64,000 bases of DNA from an uncultured Clostridium sp. (GCA_934438135.1 CAKSBP010000017.1:1647-65646); one strand, 5' to 3'. Counted from the first letter of the stretch, positions 38,697 to 49,016 are shown. Notes: generated by a model from the sequence alone, not told the origin. Translations and numbers: made by a program.

Positions 38697-39977
38697 CTAT
38701 TTTACGCAAATCCTCTCCAAATCCCGATAAAATTCTGGATAAGAAATATTCACACACTCGCTTCCAAGGATAGTGGTTTCACCGTCTGCCTGCAAAGCGG
38801 CGATGGCAAAGGACATGGCGATGCGGTGATCTAGATTGGTTTCGATGTCAGCCCCGTGGAGAGCATTGCCGCCGTTAATAATCATACCATCATCGGTAGC
38901 GGTAACATCGGCACCAATTTTCTTTAAGTTGTTTACAACAACATCAATACGGTTGGATTCTTTTACTTTCAGTTCCTGGGCATCTTTGATAACCGTTATT
39001 CCATCTGCATAAGCAGCAAGGACAGCAATAACAGGTAATTCATCAATTAAAGTTGGTATCAGTTCACCTCCGATAGTACAGGAGTGAAGTTCGCTGGAAC
39101 GAATCAGAATATCCGCAGATGGTTCACCGTCTGTTTCATTGACATTCAGAAGTTCCATGGCGCCTCCCATCATTTTTACGACACGAAGAATACCGCCACG
39201 GGTTTTATTAATTCCAACATTTTTAATTAAAAGTTCAGAACCAGGAACAATTAATGCCGCACAGATAAAGTAAGCAGCAGAAGAAATGTCACCAGGTACC
39301 AGCACTTTCCTTCCGGTCAGTTTAGGTTCTGGGGTAACAGTAGCAGTAGTACCCGAGGATATAACATGTCCGCCGAAGAAATTTAACATAATTTCTGTGT
39401 GATTTCGGGATACATAAGGTTCAGTAACCGAAGTTATATCGTCTGCATAGAGTCCGGCTAAAAGAATGCAGGATTTTACCTGGGCCGAGGCAACTGGTGA
39501 CAAGTACGAAATGGCTTTCAGCGGGCTTCCTATAATATGTAAAGGAGCACAGCCATTTCCGTGGAGGCTGTCAATGTGAGCACCCATTTTCTTTAGAGGT
39601 TCTATGATACGTTTCATAGGACGTTTCTGAATGGATTCATCGCCATTTAGTGTGCTTTCAAAACTCTGTGCAGCAAGAATACCAGACATTAATCTGGTGG
39701 TAGTTCCGCTGTTTCCAACGTCTAGAATGCCGTCTGGTCTTTTCAGACCATGCAGGCCATTACCTGTTATGTGTACATTTGTACCATTTATCTGAATATC
39801 GGTTCCCATAGCACGAAAGCATGCAATGGTGGAGAGGCAGTCGGCTCCAGTTAAAAAATTTTCAATTTCCGTGGTGCCATTTGCCAGAGAACCAAGCATG
39901 ACTGCCCGGTGGGAGATGGATTTGTCTCCAGGAACACTTAGTTCCCCCTTTAACTGTCTGACTTTCTTAAAAATCAT
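38697..39977 (-). CDS. aroA: 3-phosphoshikimate 1-carboxyvinyltransferase (EPSP synthase)
   Basis: PGDKSISHRA and VGNSGTTTRL motifs. Confidence 0.9.
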   Translation of the reverse strand: MIFKKVRQLKGELSVPGDKSISHRAVMLGSLANGTTEIENFLTGADCLSTIACFRAMGTDIQINGTNVHITGNGLHGLKRPDGILDVGNSGTTTRLMSGILAAQSFESTLNGDESIQKRPMKRIIEPLKKMGAHIDSLHGNGCAPLHIIGSPLKAISYLSPVASAQVKSCILLAGLYADDITSVTEPYVSRNHTEIMLNFFGGHVISSGTTATVTPEPKLTGRKVLVPGDISSAAYFICAALIVPGSELLIKNVGINKTRGGILRVVKMMGGAMELLNVNETDGEPSADILIRSSELHSCTIGGELIPTLIDELPVIAVLAAYADGITVIKDAQELKVKESNRIDVVVNNLKKIGADVTATDDGMIINGGNALHGADIETNLDHRIAMSFAIAALQADGETTILGSECVNISYPEFYRDLERICVK

Positions 39978-40010
39978 GAATGTTCTCCTTTTCTAACAAT
40001 TTTTCAACGA

Positions 40011-41120
40011 TTATCGCTCATAAACAGTATAATGATATTGACGCAGCAATGCAATGGCTTTGTCTTGAGATTCTTCATCGTAGAATTCGATTCGCAGTAC
40101 GCCGTCTTCAAATTCCCGGTTGTGAATAATACCGATGTTCTGAATACTGATAGCATTTGCAGCTAAAATCGTCGCAACGGTAGCAATTGCACCGGTTTCG
40201 TCCATCACATCCAGATATACTTCGTATACCTTAGAAATTGATCCTTTCGAACGGATCGGAAGAGAATCCCGGTATTCCTTGGCTGACTGAAATAAATCAG
40301 TTAGTTTGGTTTCATCTTCTAATGTAATAGCATGTTCAAAATCAGATAAACAATCTTTAAATAAATGAATAAATTTTAAAATACTGTCTTTGTTGGAGCT
40401 GCAGATATTCTGCCAGATTTCCGGTGAAGAAGAGGAAATTCTGGTGATGTCACGAAAACCGCCTGCCGCAAGATTTTGCATGTATTCCTGTTCTGTATCC
40501 TGGGTGCGGACAAGATTGACTAAGGATGCAGAAATGACATGAGGTACATGACTGATGGCAGCAGTAACATCATCATGCTCATCTGGATTTAGTACAATAG
40601 GGATAGAACTGATTCCTTTTGTAAATGCGACCATTTTTTTAACCGTGTCTTCCGGCGTCTGCTTTGTCGGTGTTAATATGTAAAATGCATTTTCCAAAAG
40701 GCGGGCACTGGAATTTGCATATCCGGTTTTTTCCGAACCAGCCATTGGATGGCCGCCAATGAAATTTTTCTCTAAATCAAGTTCTTTTACTGCAGAATGA
40801 ATGTTTCCTTTGACACTGCCAACGTCGGTAATAATGGAGGATGGCCGGATAATGGATTTTAACTGTTTCAAATAGGCGATGTTAGATAATACCGGGCCAC
40901 ATAAAATAACCAAGTCACATTCTTTAAAATCCGTCTTCAGATCTGTCGATATAAAATCAATGATTCCATCTTGTTTTGCAAGTTCTAAGCTTTCATTTTT
41001 CTCATTTTTATGGTGGTTAAATGCAATTAACCGATAGTTTGGAAAGTGAGCTTTGATTGCTTTGGCGATGGAACCACCGATTAGGCCAAAGCCAATAAAG
41101 CCAGTGCAGATGTCCTCCAT
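40011..41120 (-). CDS. tyrA: Prephenate dehydrogenase with a C-terminal ACT domain
   Basis: GFGLIGGS Rossmann motif, GGHPMAGSE catalytic region and an ACT-like C-terminus. Confidence 0.85.
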   Translation of the reverse strand: MEDICTGFIGFGLIGGSIAKAIKAHFPNYRLIAFNHHKNEKNESLELAKQDGIIDFISTDLKTDFKECDLVILCGPVLSNIAYLKQLKSIIRPSSIITDVGSVKGNIHSAVKELDLEKNFIGGHPMAGSEKTGYANSSARLLENAFYILTPTKQTPEDTVKKMVAFTKGISSIPIVLNPDEHDDVTAAISHVPHVISASLVNLVRTQDTEQEYMQNLAAGGFRDITRISSSSPEIWQNICSSNKDSILKFIHLFKDCLSDFEHAITLEDETKLTDLFQSAKEYRDSLPIRSKGSISKVYEVYLDVMDETGAIATVATILAANAISIQNIGIIHNREFEDGVLRIEFYDEESQDKAIALLRQYHYTVYER

Positions 41121-41144
41121 TTGTTTACCTCCTGTATTTCAATA

Positions 41145-42161
41145 TTAATTAAATGTACGGTTCATAACCGAAATGATTGGTTTTAATTCGTTGCACAGTT
41201 CATCAAATAATGGGAATGTTAAGGACTGTGGTCCGTCGGATAATGCGTGGGCAGGATCTGGATGAGTTTCTACCATTAATCCGTCAGCACCAGCAGCAAT
41301 AGCAGCTTTTGCAAGTGGTTTTACGTATTCGCGGACACCAGTTGCATGGCTTGGGTCAACGATAATTGGAAGATGGCTCTTTTCCTTGATAACAGGAACG
41401 GCACTGATATCCAGTGTATTTCTCGTTGCTGTTTCAAAAGTACGGATACCTCGTTCACATAATACAACGTTTGGGTTACCTTCTGCCATAATATATTCAG
41501 CAGCGTTTAACCATTCATCGACTGTAGCACTTAAACCACGTTTTAACAAGATTGGAAGGCCAGTTTTTCCAGCTTCTTTTAACAGATAGAAGTTCTGCAT
41601 GTTTCTGGCACCGATTTGAAGCATATCAACGTATTTTACAGCAGCTTCAATGGCTTCTAAGCTGGTAACTTCACAAACGATGGAAAGACCGGTTTCGTCT
41701 TTGGCTTCTTTCATTAATTTTAAGCCTTCTTCTTCTAGACCTTGGAAAGAATATGGGGAAGTTCTTGGTTTGTATGCACCACCACGTAAAATCTGGGCAC
41801 CGGATTTTTTAATTGCTTTTGCTGTCTCCATTACCTGATTTTCATTCTCAACGGCACAAGGACCAGACATAATGACAATTTCCTTTCCACCGATTACGGT
41901 ATTGCCTACTTTAATCTGACTGGATTCCGGATGAAACTTTCGGTTGGAAAGCTTGTAGCTTTCAGTAACTTCAACGACTTTTTCTACATCGTCAGCGATT
42001 TCTATATTTTTGTCTCTCAATTTCTGTTTATCTCCAATTACTCCAATGATAGTAACCTCTTTACCACAGGAAACGTGAGTTTCCAGTCCACTGCTTTTAA
42101 TCAGTTCTAAAACATTTTTTACAGATTCCTCTTTGGCATTTGGTTTCATTACTATAATCAT
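41145..42161 (-). CDS. aroF: 3-deoxy-7-phosphoheptulonate (DAHP) synthase, type I-beta with an N-terminal regulatory domain
   Basis: MIIVMKP... ferredoxin-like N-domain followed by a KDO8P/DAHP synthase barrel (GPCAVEN, RGGAYKPRTSPYSFQG, DPSHATG). Start at 42161, behind gggaga. Confidence 0.85.
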   Translation of the reverse strand: MIIVMKPNAKEESVKNVLELIKSSGLETHVSCGKEVTIIGVIGDKQKLRDKNIEIADDVEKVVEVTESYKLSNRKFHPESSQIKVGNTVIGGKEIVIMSGPCAVENENQVMETAKAIKKSGAQILRGGAYKPRTSPYSFQGLEEEGLKLMKEAKDETGLSIVCEVTSLEAIEAAVKYVDMLQIGARNMQNFYLLKEAGKTGLPILLKRGLSATVDEWLNAAEYIMAEGNPNVVLCERGIRTFETATRNTLDISAVPVIKEKSHLPIIVDPSHATGVREYVKPLAKAAIAAGADGLMVETHPDPAHALSDGPQSLTFPLFDELCNELKPIISVMNRTFN

Positions 42162-42331
42162 AATATTATCTCCCATCTCTCATTTATTTTATCCACTAAA
42201 ATCTTATTTAACAATGGAATATATTAACAAAATTATGTATTCCCGTTTAAACGGCATCTGCCGTTCCACAAATCAGCCGGCCAGCTCTTTTATGATTTAA
42301 AGTTTAACACTATAAAATGAGAATGTCAATA

Positions 42332-42362
42332 CTTTAAAGCGTAAAAGTTTAACGCTTTAAAG
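42332..42362. repeat. Perfect 11-bp inverted repeat in the aroF / EF-G-paralog divergent intergenic region
   Basis: ctttaaagcgt (42332-42342), a 9-nt spacer, then acgctttaaag (42352-42362). A partial extra half-site, tttaaagtttaac, lies about 35 nt upstream. The repeat sits just upstream of a minus-strand TTGACA. Confidence 0.6.
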
Positions 42363-42499
42363 CAAAATAATAGAAATGTCTGAAAAATGCATGTCCAGAA
42401 CAGGAAATAGCAGTCGTAAAAGTGAGGCTGTCTGAGTAAACTTATAATAGCAATGGATTTACAGTCTGACCAGATTGAAACTGTCATGTATCTTATGTA

Positions 42500-44596
42500 A
42501 TGGAGGTGCTTATTATCGTATCGTTTAAAAGCAGAAACATTCGTAATATTGTAATTCTGGGACATGGAAGCAGTGGAAAGACTACCCTTACTGAGGCATG
42601 TGCCTATGTAACAGGCGTAGTAAGCCGGCTTGGAAAAACAGAGGACGGAAATACACTCAGTGATTTTGATAAGGAAGAAATACGAAGGGGATTTTCCATA
42701 AACATGTCACTGGTTCCGGTTATTCAGGATGAAGTAAAGCTGAATCTTTTGGATACTCCTGGTTATTTTGATTTTGTGGGAGAAACCGTGGAAGCGCTGG
42801 AGGCAGCTGATGCAGCAGTAATTGTTATTTCTGGAAAAAGGGGTGTGGAAGCAGGCACATTAAAAGCATGGGAATACTGCGAGAAAAAGCAGATTCCAAG
42901 AATTTTTTTTGTGACGGATTTAGACGATGGGAATGCAGACTTTGAAGCAGTAGTGGAAAAGTTAACAGAATATTATGGAGAAAAGGTAATTCCATTTCAA
43001 GTGCCTCTTCGAGAGGAGGATGCCTTTTGGGGATATGTGGAACTGATAAGTATGCAGGGACGAAAGTTTCAGAAAAATCAAGAGGAAGTGGATTGTGAAA
43101 TTCCAGAGAAGCTAAAAGAGATGGCAGAGACTTATCGATTAAAGATTTTAGAAAACGTTGCGGAAAGCAATGAGGAACTGTTGGAAAAATATTTTGATGG
43201 AGTAGCATTTTCTAAAGAGGAAATGAGTACGGCAATAAAAGAAAGTATCAGTAAGCTGGATTTGGTTCCAGTTTTCCTTGGAGCGGGGCTTAAGGCACAG
43301 GGAATTACAGAATTATTAAAGGCCGCTGTCGAATATTTCCCATCACCTGAAGGAAAAGTTCATATGGCGGTTAATAGCAAGGAACAGGAAGAGATGGAAG
43401 TGATTTGTAGAGACGATGCCCCAGTTTCTGTACAGGTATTTAAAACTATTGCTGATCCATTTATCGGAAAGTATTCGCTGTTTCGTGTTATGTCGGGAAT
43501 TTTACGGCCAGATGTAGTACTTTATAATCGGAATACAGAAAAAGAGGAGCGGGTGAATCGTTTTTTTATTCTATCAGGAAAAGAACAGCAGGAAGTAAAC
43601 TGCCTGTTTGCAGGAGATATCGGTGCCTTTCAGAAATTAGCTGCAACTGCAACTTTTGATACGTTATCCGTAAAAGAATTTCCTGTTTTATATCCACGTC
43701 CAGAACTCCCGGTTCCTTATACCTATATTCGTTACAAAGCAGAGAAAAAAGGGGAGGATGAGAAAATTTCCCAGGCGTTATCTAAACTTCTGGATGAAGA
43801 CTTGACTCTGAAAACGAAGCAGGATGCTATGAATCATCAATCGCTTCTATATGGAATGGGAGATCTGCACATTGAAACTGCTTTGTCAAAGCTTCTTAAT
43901 CGATACAAAGTAGAAATCGCAGCACTGGAGCCAAAAGTTCCTTATATGGAAACAATTACTGGTTTGGCAAAGGTACAGGGAAAATACAAGAAACAGTCTG
44001 GAGGACATGGGCAGTATGGGGATGTACATATGGAATTTACGGCGACGGGGGATTATGCTGTACCCTATGTATTTGAAGAGAAAATTTTTGGAGGAGCTGT
44101 GCCGAAAAATTATTTTCCAGCAGTAGAAAAAGGAATTGCAGAAAGTGTGAAAAGCGGACTTTTGGCAGGATTTCCAGTGGTTGGAGTCAAGGCAGTGTTA
44201 GTGGATGGTTCCTATCATCCAGTAGATTCTTCCGAACTGGCATTTAAAATGGCAGCGATTATGGCATTTAAACAGGCATTTATAGAAGCAAAGCCGGTTT
44301 TGCTGGAACCGATTGTAGAAATGCATACGATAATTCCGAATCGGTATAGCAGTGATATTTTGGGGGATTTTAACAAACGTCGCGGAAGAGTACTTGGCAT
44401 GAATCCGATTTCCAAGGAGAAAAAGGAGATAATCTGCGAGCTTCCATTAGAAGAAACATTTGGATACAGCACAACGCTTCGTTCTATGACGGCGGGACTT
44501 GGAGAATACCGTTATGACGTAGTGCGCTACGAACAGACATCTCCTTTTATACAGGAAAAGATTATTAAGAAATACAAAGAAATGCAGGAAAAATAA
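42500..44596 (+). CDS. Elongation factor G paralog (translational GTPase)
   Basis: G1 motif GHGSSGKTTL, DTPGYFDF, and EF-G domains II-V by collinearity. The start codon is uncertain because the ggaggtg RBS overlaps the ATG at 42500. Confidence 0.75.
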   Translation: MEVLIIVSFKSRNIRNIVILGHGSSGKTTLTEACAYVTGVVSRLGKTEDGNTLSDFDKEEIRRGFSINMSLVPVIQDEVKLNLLDTPGYFDFVGETVEALEAADAAVIVISGKRGVEAGTLKAWEYCEKKQIPRIFFVTDLDDGNADFEAVVEKLTEYYGEKVIPFQVPLREEDAFWGYVELISMQGRKFQKNQEEVDCEIPEKLKEMAETYRLKILENVAESNEELLEKYFDGVAFSKEEMSTAIKESISKLDLVPVFLGAGLKAQGITELLKAAVEYFPSPEGKVHMAVNSKEQEEMEVICRDDAPVSVQVFKTIADPFIGKYSLFRVMSGILRPDVVLYNRNTEKEERVNRFFILSGKEQQEVNCLFAGDIGAFQKLAATATFDTLSVKEFPVLYPRPELPVPYTYIRYKAEKKGEDEKISQALSKLLDEDLTLKTKQDAMNHQSLLYGMGDLHIETALSKLLNRYKVEIAALEPKVPYMETITGLAKVQGKYKKQSGGHGQYGDVHMEFTATGDYAVPYVFEEKIFGGAVPKNYFPAVEKGIAESVKSGLLAGFPVVGVKAVLVDGSYHPVDSSELAFKMAAIMAFKQAFIEAKPVLLEPIVEMHTIIPNRYSSDILGDFNKRRGRVLGMNPISKEKKEIICELPLEETFGYSTTLRSMTAGLGEYRYDVVRYEQTSPFIQEKIIKKYKEMQEK

Positions 44597-44650
44597 AAAA
44601 GGATGAAAGATTTCAGTTGAAAGGCTGACAAAAATAGAATACAATGAGTC

Positions 44651-44725
44651 TGGCAGGGCTGGTGCGACGAGAAGACGAAGAAAAGGCCAACAGATTTTGC
44701 GGATAAACCGGTCCTGTCATTTTTC
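44651..44725 (+). terminator. Long-range stem plus U tract between the EF-G paralog and hydF
   Basis: tggcagggctggt (44651-44663) pairs with accggtcctgtca (44707-44719). That gives 13 bp, three of which are G-U only in the plus-strand RNA. The loop is 43 nt and ttttt follows directly. Confidence 0.35.
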
Positions 44726-44797
44726 TATTAATTCTATTAAAATCGGAGTGTTAAAAGAACACTTTTTCTATTTAATTTATGAAGAGAGAGGCGCTTT

Positions 44798-46039
44798 ATG
44801 GGACTAAATGATACACCGAAGAGTGAACGAGTACATATTGCTGTATTTGGAAAGAGAAATGCAGGAAAATCCAGTCTGATTAACAGTATTACAGGGCAGA
44901 ACCTGTCGATTGTATCGGACGTATTAGGGACAACTACAGATCCGGTTTATAAAGCAATGGAGCTTCTTCCGTTGGGACCGGTCATGATGATTGATACCCC
45001 AGGGCTTGATGATGTGGGAAAACTAGGAGGCATGCGTGTTGGAAAAGCTATGTCCGTACTTAATAAATCGGATATTGCAGTATTAGTATTGGATGCACAA
45101 GAAACGCAGAAAAAAGAAATTGGATTTGCTTTTGAAAAAGAATTATACGATCGGATTCAGAAAAAAGGAATTCCATGTGTTCTTGTTATAAATAAAATAG
45201 ATTTGGTTTCGGATTGGGAGGTACAGAAAGAAACCACAGAGGCAGAACTGAAAAAACAGTTTGCGGGCTGTGAAGTGATTTCTGTCAGTGCTGAAACGAA
45301 GAAGCAGATTTTTGAATTAAAAGAGCTTCTGGGAAAACAAGTTCCAACCGATGATACAAAATTAAAAATTGTAGGGGATCTGCTGGAGCCGGGAGATTTT
45401 GTTGTACTGGTTGTACCGATTGATTCGGCAGCACCAAAGGGAAGATTAATCCTGCCGCAGCAGCAGACCATACGGGATATCCTGGAAGCAGGAGCTGTTT
45501 CTATTGTAACCAGAGAGACCGAACTGGTGCAGACATTAGAAGGGCTTGGAAAAAAACCGAAGCTTGTCATTACGGATTCTCAGGCATTTAAGCAGGTATC
45601 CAAAGATACTCCGGATGACATTCTGTTAACGTCATTTTCCATTTTGTTCTCTCGCTTTAAAGGGGACTTGAAATTACAGGTAGAAGGTGCAAAAGCAGTT
45701 GAAAATCTGAAGGACGGAGACAGGATTCTGATGGCAGAGGGGTGTACCCATCACAGACAGTGTGGCGATATTGGTACAGTAAAGCTTCCAAGCTGGATTC
45801 GGAAGTACACAAAGAAAGAACTTATATTTGAAACAAGCAGTGGAACAGAGTATCCGGAAGATTTAAGCAGATATGCCATGGTGGTTCATTGTGGCGGTTG
45901 TATGCTTAATAAGCGGGAAATGCAGTTTCGTTTGAAGGAGGCACAGGCCCAGGGGATTCCGATTGTCAATTATGGTGTAATGATTGCTTACTTGAATGGA
46001 ATTCTTAAAAGGAGTCTGGAACCATTTGAGAAAATGTAA
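44798..46039 (+). CDS. hydF: [FeFe]-hydrogenase H-cluster maturation GTPase HydF
   Basis: N-terminal GTPase domain (GKRNAGKSSLIN, DTPGLDD, NKID) and the C-terminal FeS motif EGCTHH...HCGGC. Confidence 0.85.
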   Translation: MGLNDTPKSERVHIAVFGKRNAGKSSLINSITGQNLSIVSDVLGTTTDPVYKAMELLPLGPVMMIDTPGLDDVGKLGGMRVGKAMSVLNKSDIAVLVLDAQETQKKEIGFAFEKELYDRIQKKGIPCVLVINKIDLVSDWEVQKETTEAELKKQFAGCEVISVSAETKKQIFELKELLGKQVPTDDTKLKIVGDLLEPGDFVVLVVPIDSAAPKGRLILPQQQTIRDILEAGAVSIVTRETELVQTLEGLGKKPKLVITDSQAFKQVSKDTPDDILLTSFSILFSRFKGDLKLQVEGAKAVENLKDGDRILMAEGCTHHRQCGDIGTVKLPSWIRKYTKKELIFETSSGTEYPEDLSRYAMVVHCGGCMLNKREMQFRLKEAQAQGIPIVNYGVMIAYLNGILKRSLEPFEKM

Positions 46040-46147
46040 AATAAGAATCAAAAAGGCTGTTTCTGGGACATGATTTTAAGTATCTGTATTCTAAAATGTA
46101 TGATATGTTATAATAGTGAAGACGAGAAAAATGTGGAGGCGTAAAGT

Positions 46148-47668
46148 ATGATAGAAGAAGCATTATGCAGACTGGTACAGTATGGTGTGAAAACAGAGCT
46201 GATGGAAGCAGCAGATAAAATTTATATAAAAAACCGTTTACTGGAATTATTAGGACTGGAAGATATAGATGAAGAGGTAGAGAAATCAGTGAAAGAGGAG
46301 ACAAAAGAGGAATTAAGAGAAAAACTTCCGGAAATCCTGAAGGTTCTGACAGACTTTGCCGTAGAAACAGGCATTATGAAAGAAGACAGTCCGACTTATC
46401 GTGACTTATTTGATACCCGAATTATGGGTATGCTGGTGCCAAGACCAAGTGAGGTAATTCGGAAATTTTCTTCTTATTATAAAGAATCTCCCAAAAAGGC
46501 AACGGATTTCTTTTATAAATTCAGTCAGGATAGCAATTATATTCGAAGAGATCGGATTAGAAGAGATGAAAAATGGATTGCTAAAACCGCATATGGCGAT
46601 TTAGATATCACCATTAATCTTTCTAAGCCGGAAAAGGATCCAAGAGCTATTGCAGCAGCAAGAAAAGCATCCCAGACAGCATATCCCAAATGTCAGCTTT
46701 GCATCCAGAATGAAGGTTATGCAGGGCGTGTCAATCATCCAGCGAGACAGAATCACCGTATTATTCCAATAACGATTGATGGCGGACAATGGGGGTTCCA
46801 GTATTCACCTTATGTATATTATAATGAACACTGTATCGTAATGAACAGTAAACATGTTCCGATGGAAATCAATCATGCTACCTTTGTAAAGCTGTTTGAT
46901 TTTGTAAAACAATTCCCACATTATTTTGTTGGTTCTAATGCAGATCTTCTAATTGTGGGCGGTTCTATTTTGAGCCATGATCATTTCCAGGGTGGTAACT
47001 ATGAGTTTGCTATGGCGAAAGCACCAGTAGAAACAGAATTTATTGTAACAGGATTTGAAAATGTTCAGGCTGGTATTGTAAAATGGCCGATGTCTGTTAT
47101 TCGTTTGTCCGGCGAGGATACGCAAGAACTGATTGCACTTGCTGATAAGATTCTGAAAACATGGCGTAGTTATACAGATGAGGAAGCCTTTGTTTATGCA
47201 AAGACAGATGGGAAAGTACATAATACCATTACCCCAATCGCAAGAAAACGAAATGGAAAGTACGAATTGGATTTGGTACTTCGTAATAATATTACAACAA
47301 AGGAGCATCCGCTTGGCGTGTATCATCCACATGAAACACTGCATCATATCAAGAAGGAAAATATCGGTCTGATTGAAGTGATGGGACTGGCTGTATTACC
47401 ATCCCGTTTAAAAGGAGAAATGGCGCAGTTAGAAGAAGCGGTTCTTACTGGAAAAGACTTAAGACAGGATGAAGTACTTTCCAAACATGCCGATTGGATC
47501 GATGAAGTGCTTCCAAAGTACGACAAGGTAACGGCAGAAAATATTCATGGAATTATTCAGAAGGAAATTGGAATTGTATTCTCGAAAGTATTGGAGGATG
47601 CTGGGGTTTATAAGAGGACAGAAGAAGGAAAGGCAGCGTTTTTGCGATTTGTGAAATCACTAGGATAA
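46148..47668 (+). CDS. galT: UDP-glucose--hexose-1-phosphate uridylyltransferase (long Firmicutes type)
   Basis: ~500-aa GalT type 2, with KCQLC...EGYAGR and SILSHDHFQGG motifs. Confidence 0.85.
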   Translation: MIEEALCRLVQYGVKTELMEAADKIYIKNRLLELLGLEDIDEEVEKSVKEETKEELREKLPEILKVLTDFAVETGIMKEDSPTYRDLFDTRIMGMLVPRPSEVIRKFSSYYKESPKKATDFFYKFSQDSNYIRRDRIRRDEKWIAKTAYGDLDITINLSKPEKDPRAIAAARKASQTAYPKCQLCIQNEGYAGRVNHPARQNHRIIPITIDGGQWGFQYSPYVYYNEHCIVMNSKHVPMEINHATFVKLFDFVKQFPHYFVGSNADLLIVGGSILSHDHFQGGNYEFAMAKAPVETEFIVTGFENVQAGIVKWPMSVIRLSGEDTQELIALADKILKTWRSYTDEEAFVYAKTDGKVHNTITPIARKRNGKYELDLVLRNNITTKEHPLGVYHPHETLHHIKKENIGLIEVMGLAVLPSRLKGEMAQLEEAVLTGKDLRQDEVLSKHADWIDEVLPKYDKVTAENIHGIIQKEIGIVFSKVLEDAGVYKRTEEGKAAFLRFVKSLG

Positions 47669-47756
47669 GGAGATGAATTGTTAGCGGTGTTGGTATAGTA
47701 CTGCTTTTTGGTAAAGAAAGATAAAAAATATATTGTTGTATATGATGCACATAGAT

Positions 47757-47803
47757 AAAAAACTATCTCCAGCCGTCATAAGAGAGTTGGAGATAGTTTT
47801 TTT
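47757..47803. terminator. Bidirectional terminator (galT / PG hydrolase)
   Basis: aaaaactatctcca pairs with tggagatagttttt, flanked by A and T runs. Confidence 0.8.
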
Positions 47804-47832
47804 ATTGTATTTAATAAAAAGACGCTTAATAA

Positions 47833-48771
47833 TTAAACTAAGTTGTTATACCAGTAAGTTGCCTGATTACCTCTTGTAGCATCCTGAGAAGAGTTTGCAG
47901 GTCTTTCATAGTTGTGTAAAAATGCACATGCAAGATAGTAAGCAGACTGTGTAGATTTTGTAAAGTTCTTGAAGCTTAAGTTATAAGAAGAAGTTGGATA
48001 GTATTGTTCGCCGGCACTTACTTCATATAAGATACGTTTTAACTGGCTGTCCATATTGGCAGCAGTATATCCCTTGCTGCTTGCCCAGTTCAGGTATTTT
48101 GTAGCAGGAGTCCACTGTACTAAACCAAAGCCGCCGCTTGTATTTCCGGATTTTAAACTCTGCCAGATACCTGGGTTAATGGTACTTTCTGTCTGCATGT
48201 TTCCTAACATACCGCAGACAGCATTTTTTGTCCAGCCTTGTCCACGTAAGTAGTCAAGAATGTACTGTGCATTTACTTTCATCTGGCTTATAGATAAGTA
48301 GCTGTTGCTGCAATATAAACCAGAAGGAGTAGGAGTCGTAGTACTTCCAGTTGGATATGTACTATATCCAAATAAATACTGCCAGGAAGTTGGTCCAATA
48401 ATTCCGTCAGCGGAGATGCCCATTTTTGACTGGAATGTTTTTGCAGTGCTGGCTGAACCACTGCCGAAAGCACCGTCAACGGAGATGCTTTCGAATTTGC
48501 TTAATAAATACTGAGCAGCTCTTGCTGCGTAGTTGCTGACGCCATTTTGTACTGTAGCAACCATTGCAGAAAGAGTACCTTTACCTGCAATTCCGTCAGC
48601 AGAAAGTCCTTTTGCGGACTGGAAATTTGTAACTGCTGTTTTTGTGCCTGATCCAAAACTTCCGTCGATTGAAACAGAATATCCATGATATACGAGTAAA
48701 CACTGTAATGCATAAACATTTTTTCCTGAATTGCCAGATTGTAAATTTGGCCATGATGGTGTAGCTGCCAT
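47833..48771 (-). CDS. Peptidoglycan hydrolase: two PG_binding_1 repeats plus a phage-tail-lysozyme-like domain
   Basis: Two copies of ...[13 protein letters not shown]...GLSADGI.G..T, and a C-terminal [18 protein letters not shown]...GGFGLVQWT typical of phage tail-tip lysozyme domains. No signal peptide is evident. Confidence 0.65.
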   Translation of the reverse strand: MAATPSWPNLQSGNSGKNVYALQCLLVYHGYSVSIDGSFGSGTKTAVTNFQSAKGLSADGIAGKGTLSAMVATVQNGVSNYAARAAQYLLSKFESISVDGAFGSGSASTAKTFQSKMGISADGIIGPTSWQYLFGYSTYPTGSTTTPTPSGLYCSNSYLSISQMKVNAQYILDYLRGQGWTKNAVCGMLGNMQTESTINPGIWQSLKSGNTSGGFGLVQWTPATKYLNWASSKGYTAANMDSQLKRILYEVSAGEQYYPTSSYNLSFKNFTKSTQSAYYLACAFLHNYERPANSSQDATRGNQATYWYNNLV

Positions 48772-48987
48772 AATAATTACCTACTTTCTATTTGTTTTTT
48801 AGAAATACTTTTTATCCTGCGCGCTGTTTAATAAGTATTTACACAAATAGAAAAAGGAAGATTTTGAAGGATTGTAAACAAGAAATGGTTATTTTGGAAA
48901 AAGAAGTTGAAGATATAGTAATAGAAGATGATAAAAAGTTCTTTTTAATATGAAATCTTTGCTAAAACCGACTTTCTTATGAATGCC

Positions 48988-49016
48988 TTGACTAACCCCA
49001 CATATTAAATTATAAT
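48988..49016 (+). promoter_or_regulatory. Near-consensus promoter of the yicC-remA-gmk-rpoZ operon
   Basis: TTGACT, a 17-nt spacer, then TATAAT. Its position argues against the ORF-track start at 49037. Confidence 0.6.

Noticed and set aside
47833-48771. Prophage or lysis cassette around the phage-type lysozyme gene
   Set aside because: No holin, structural, integrase or repressor genes flank it. The neighbours are galT and the yicC operon, each with its own terminators and promoters.
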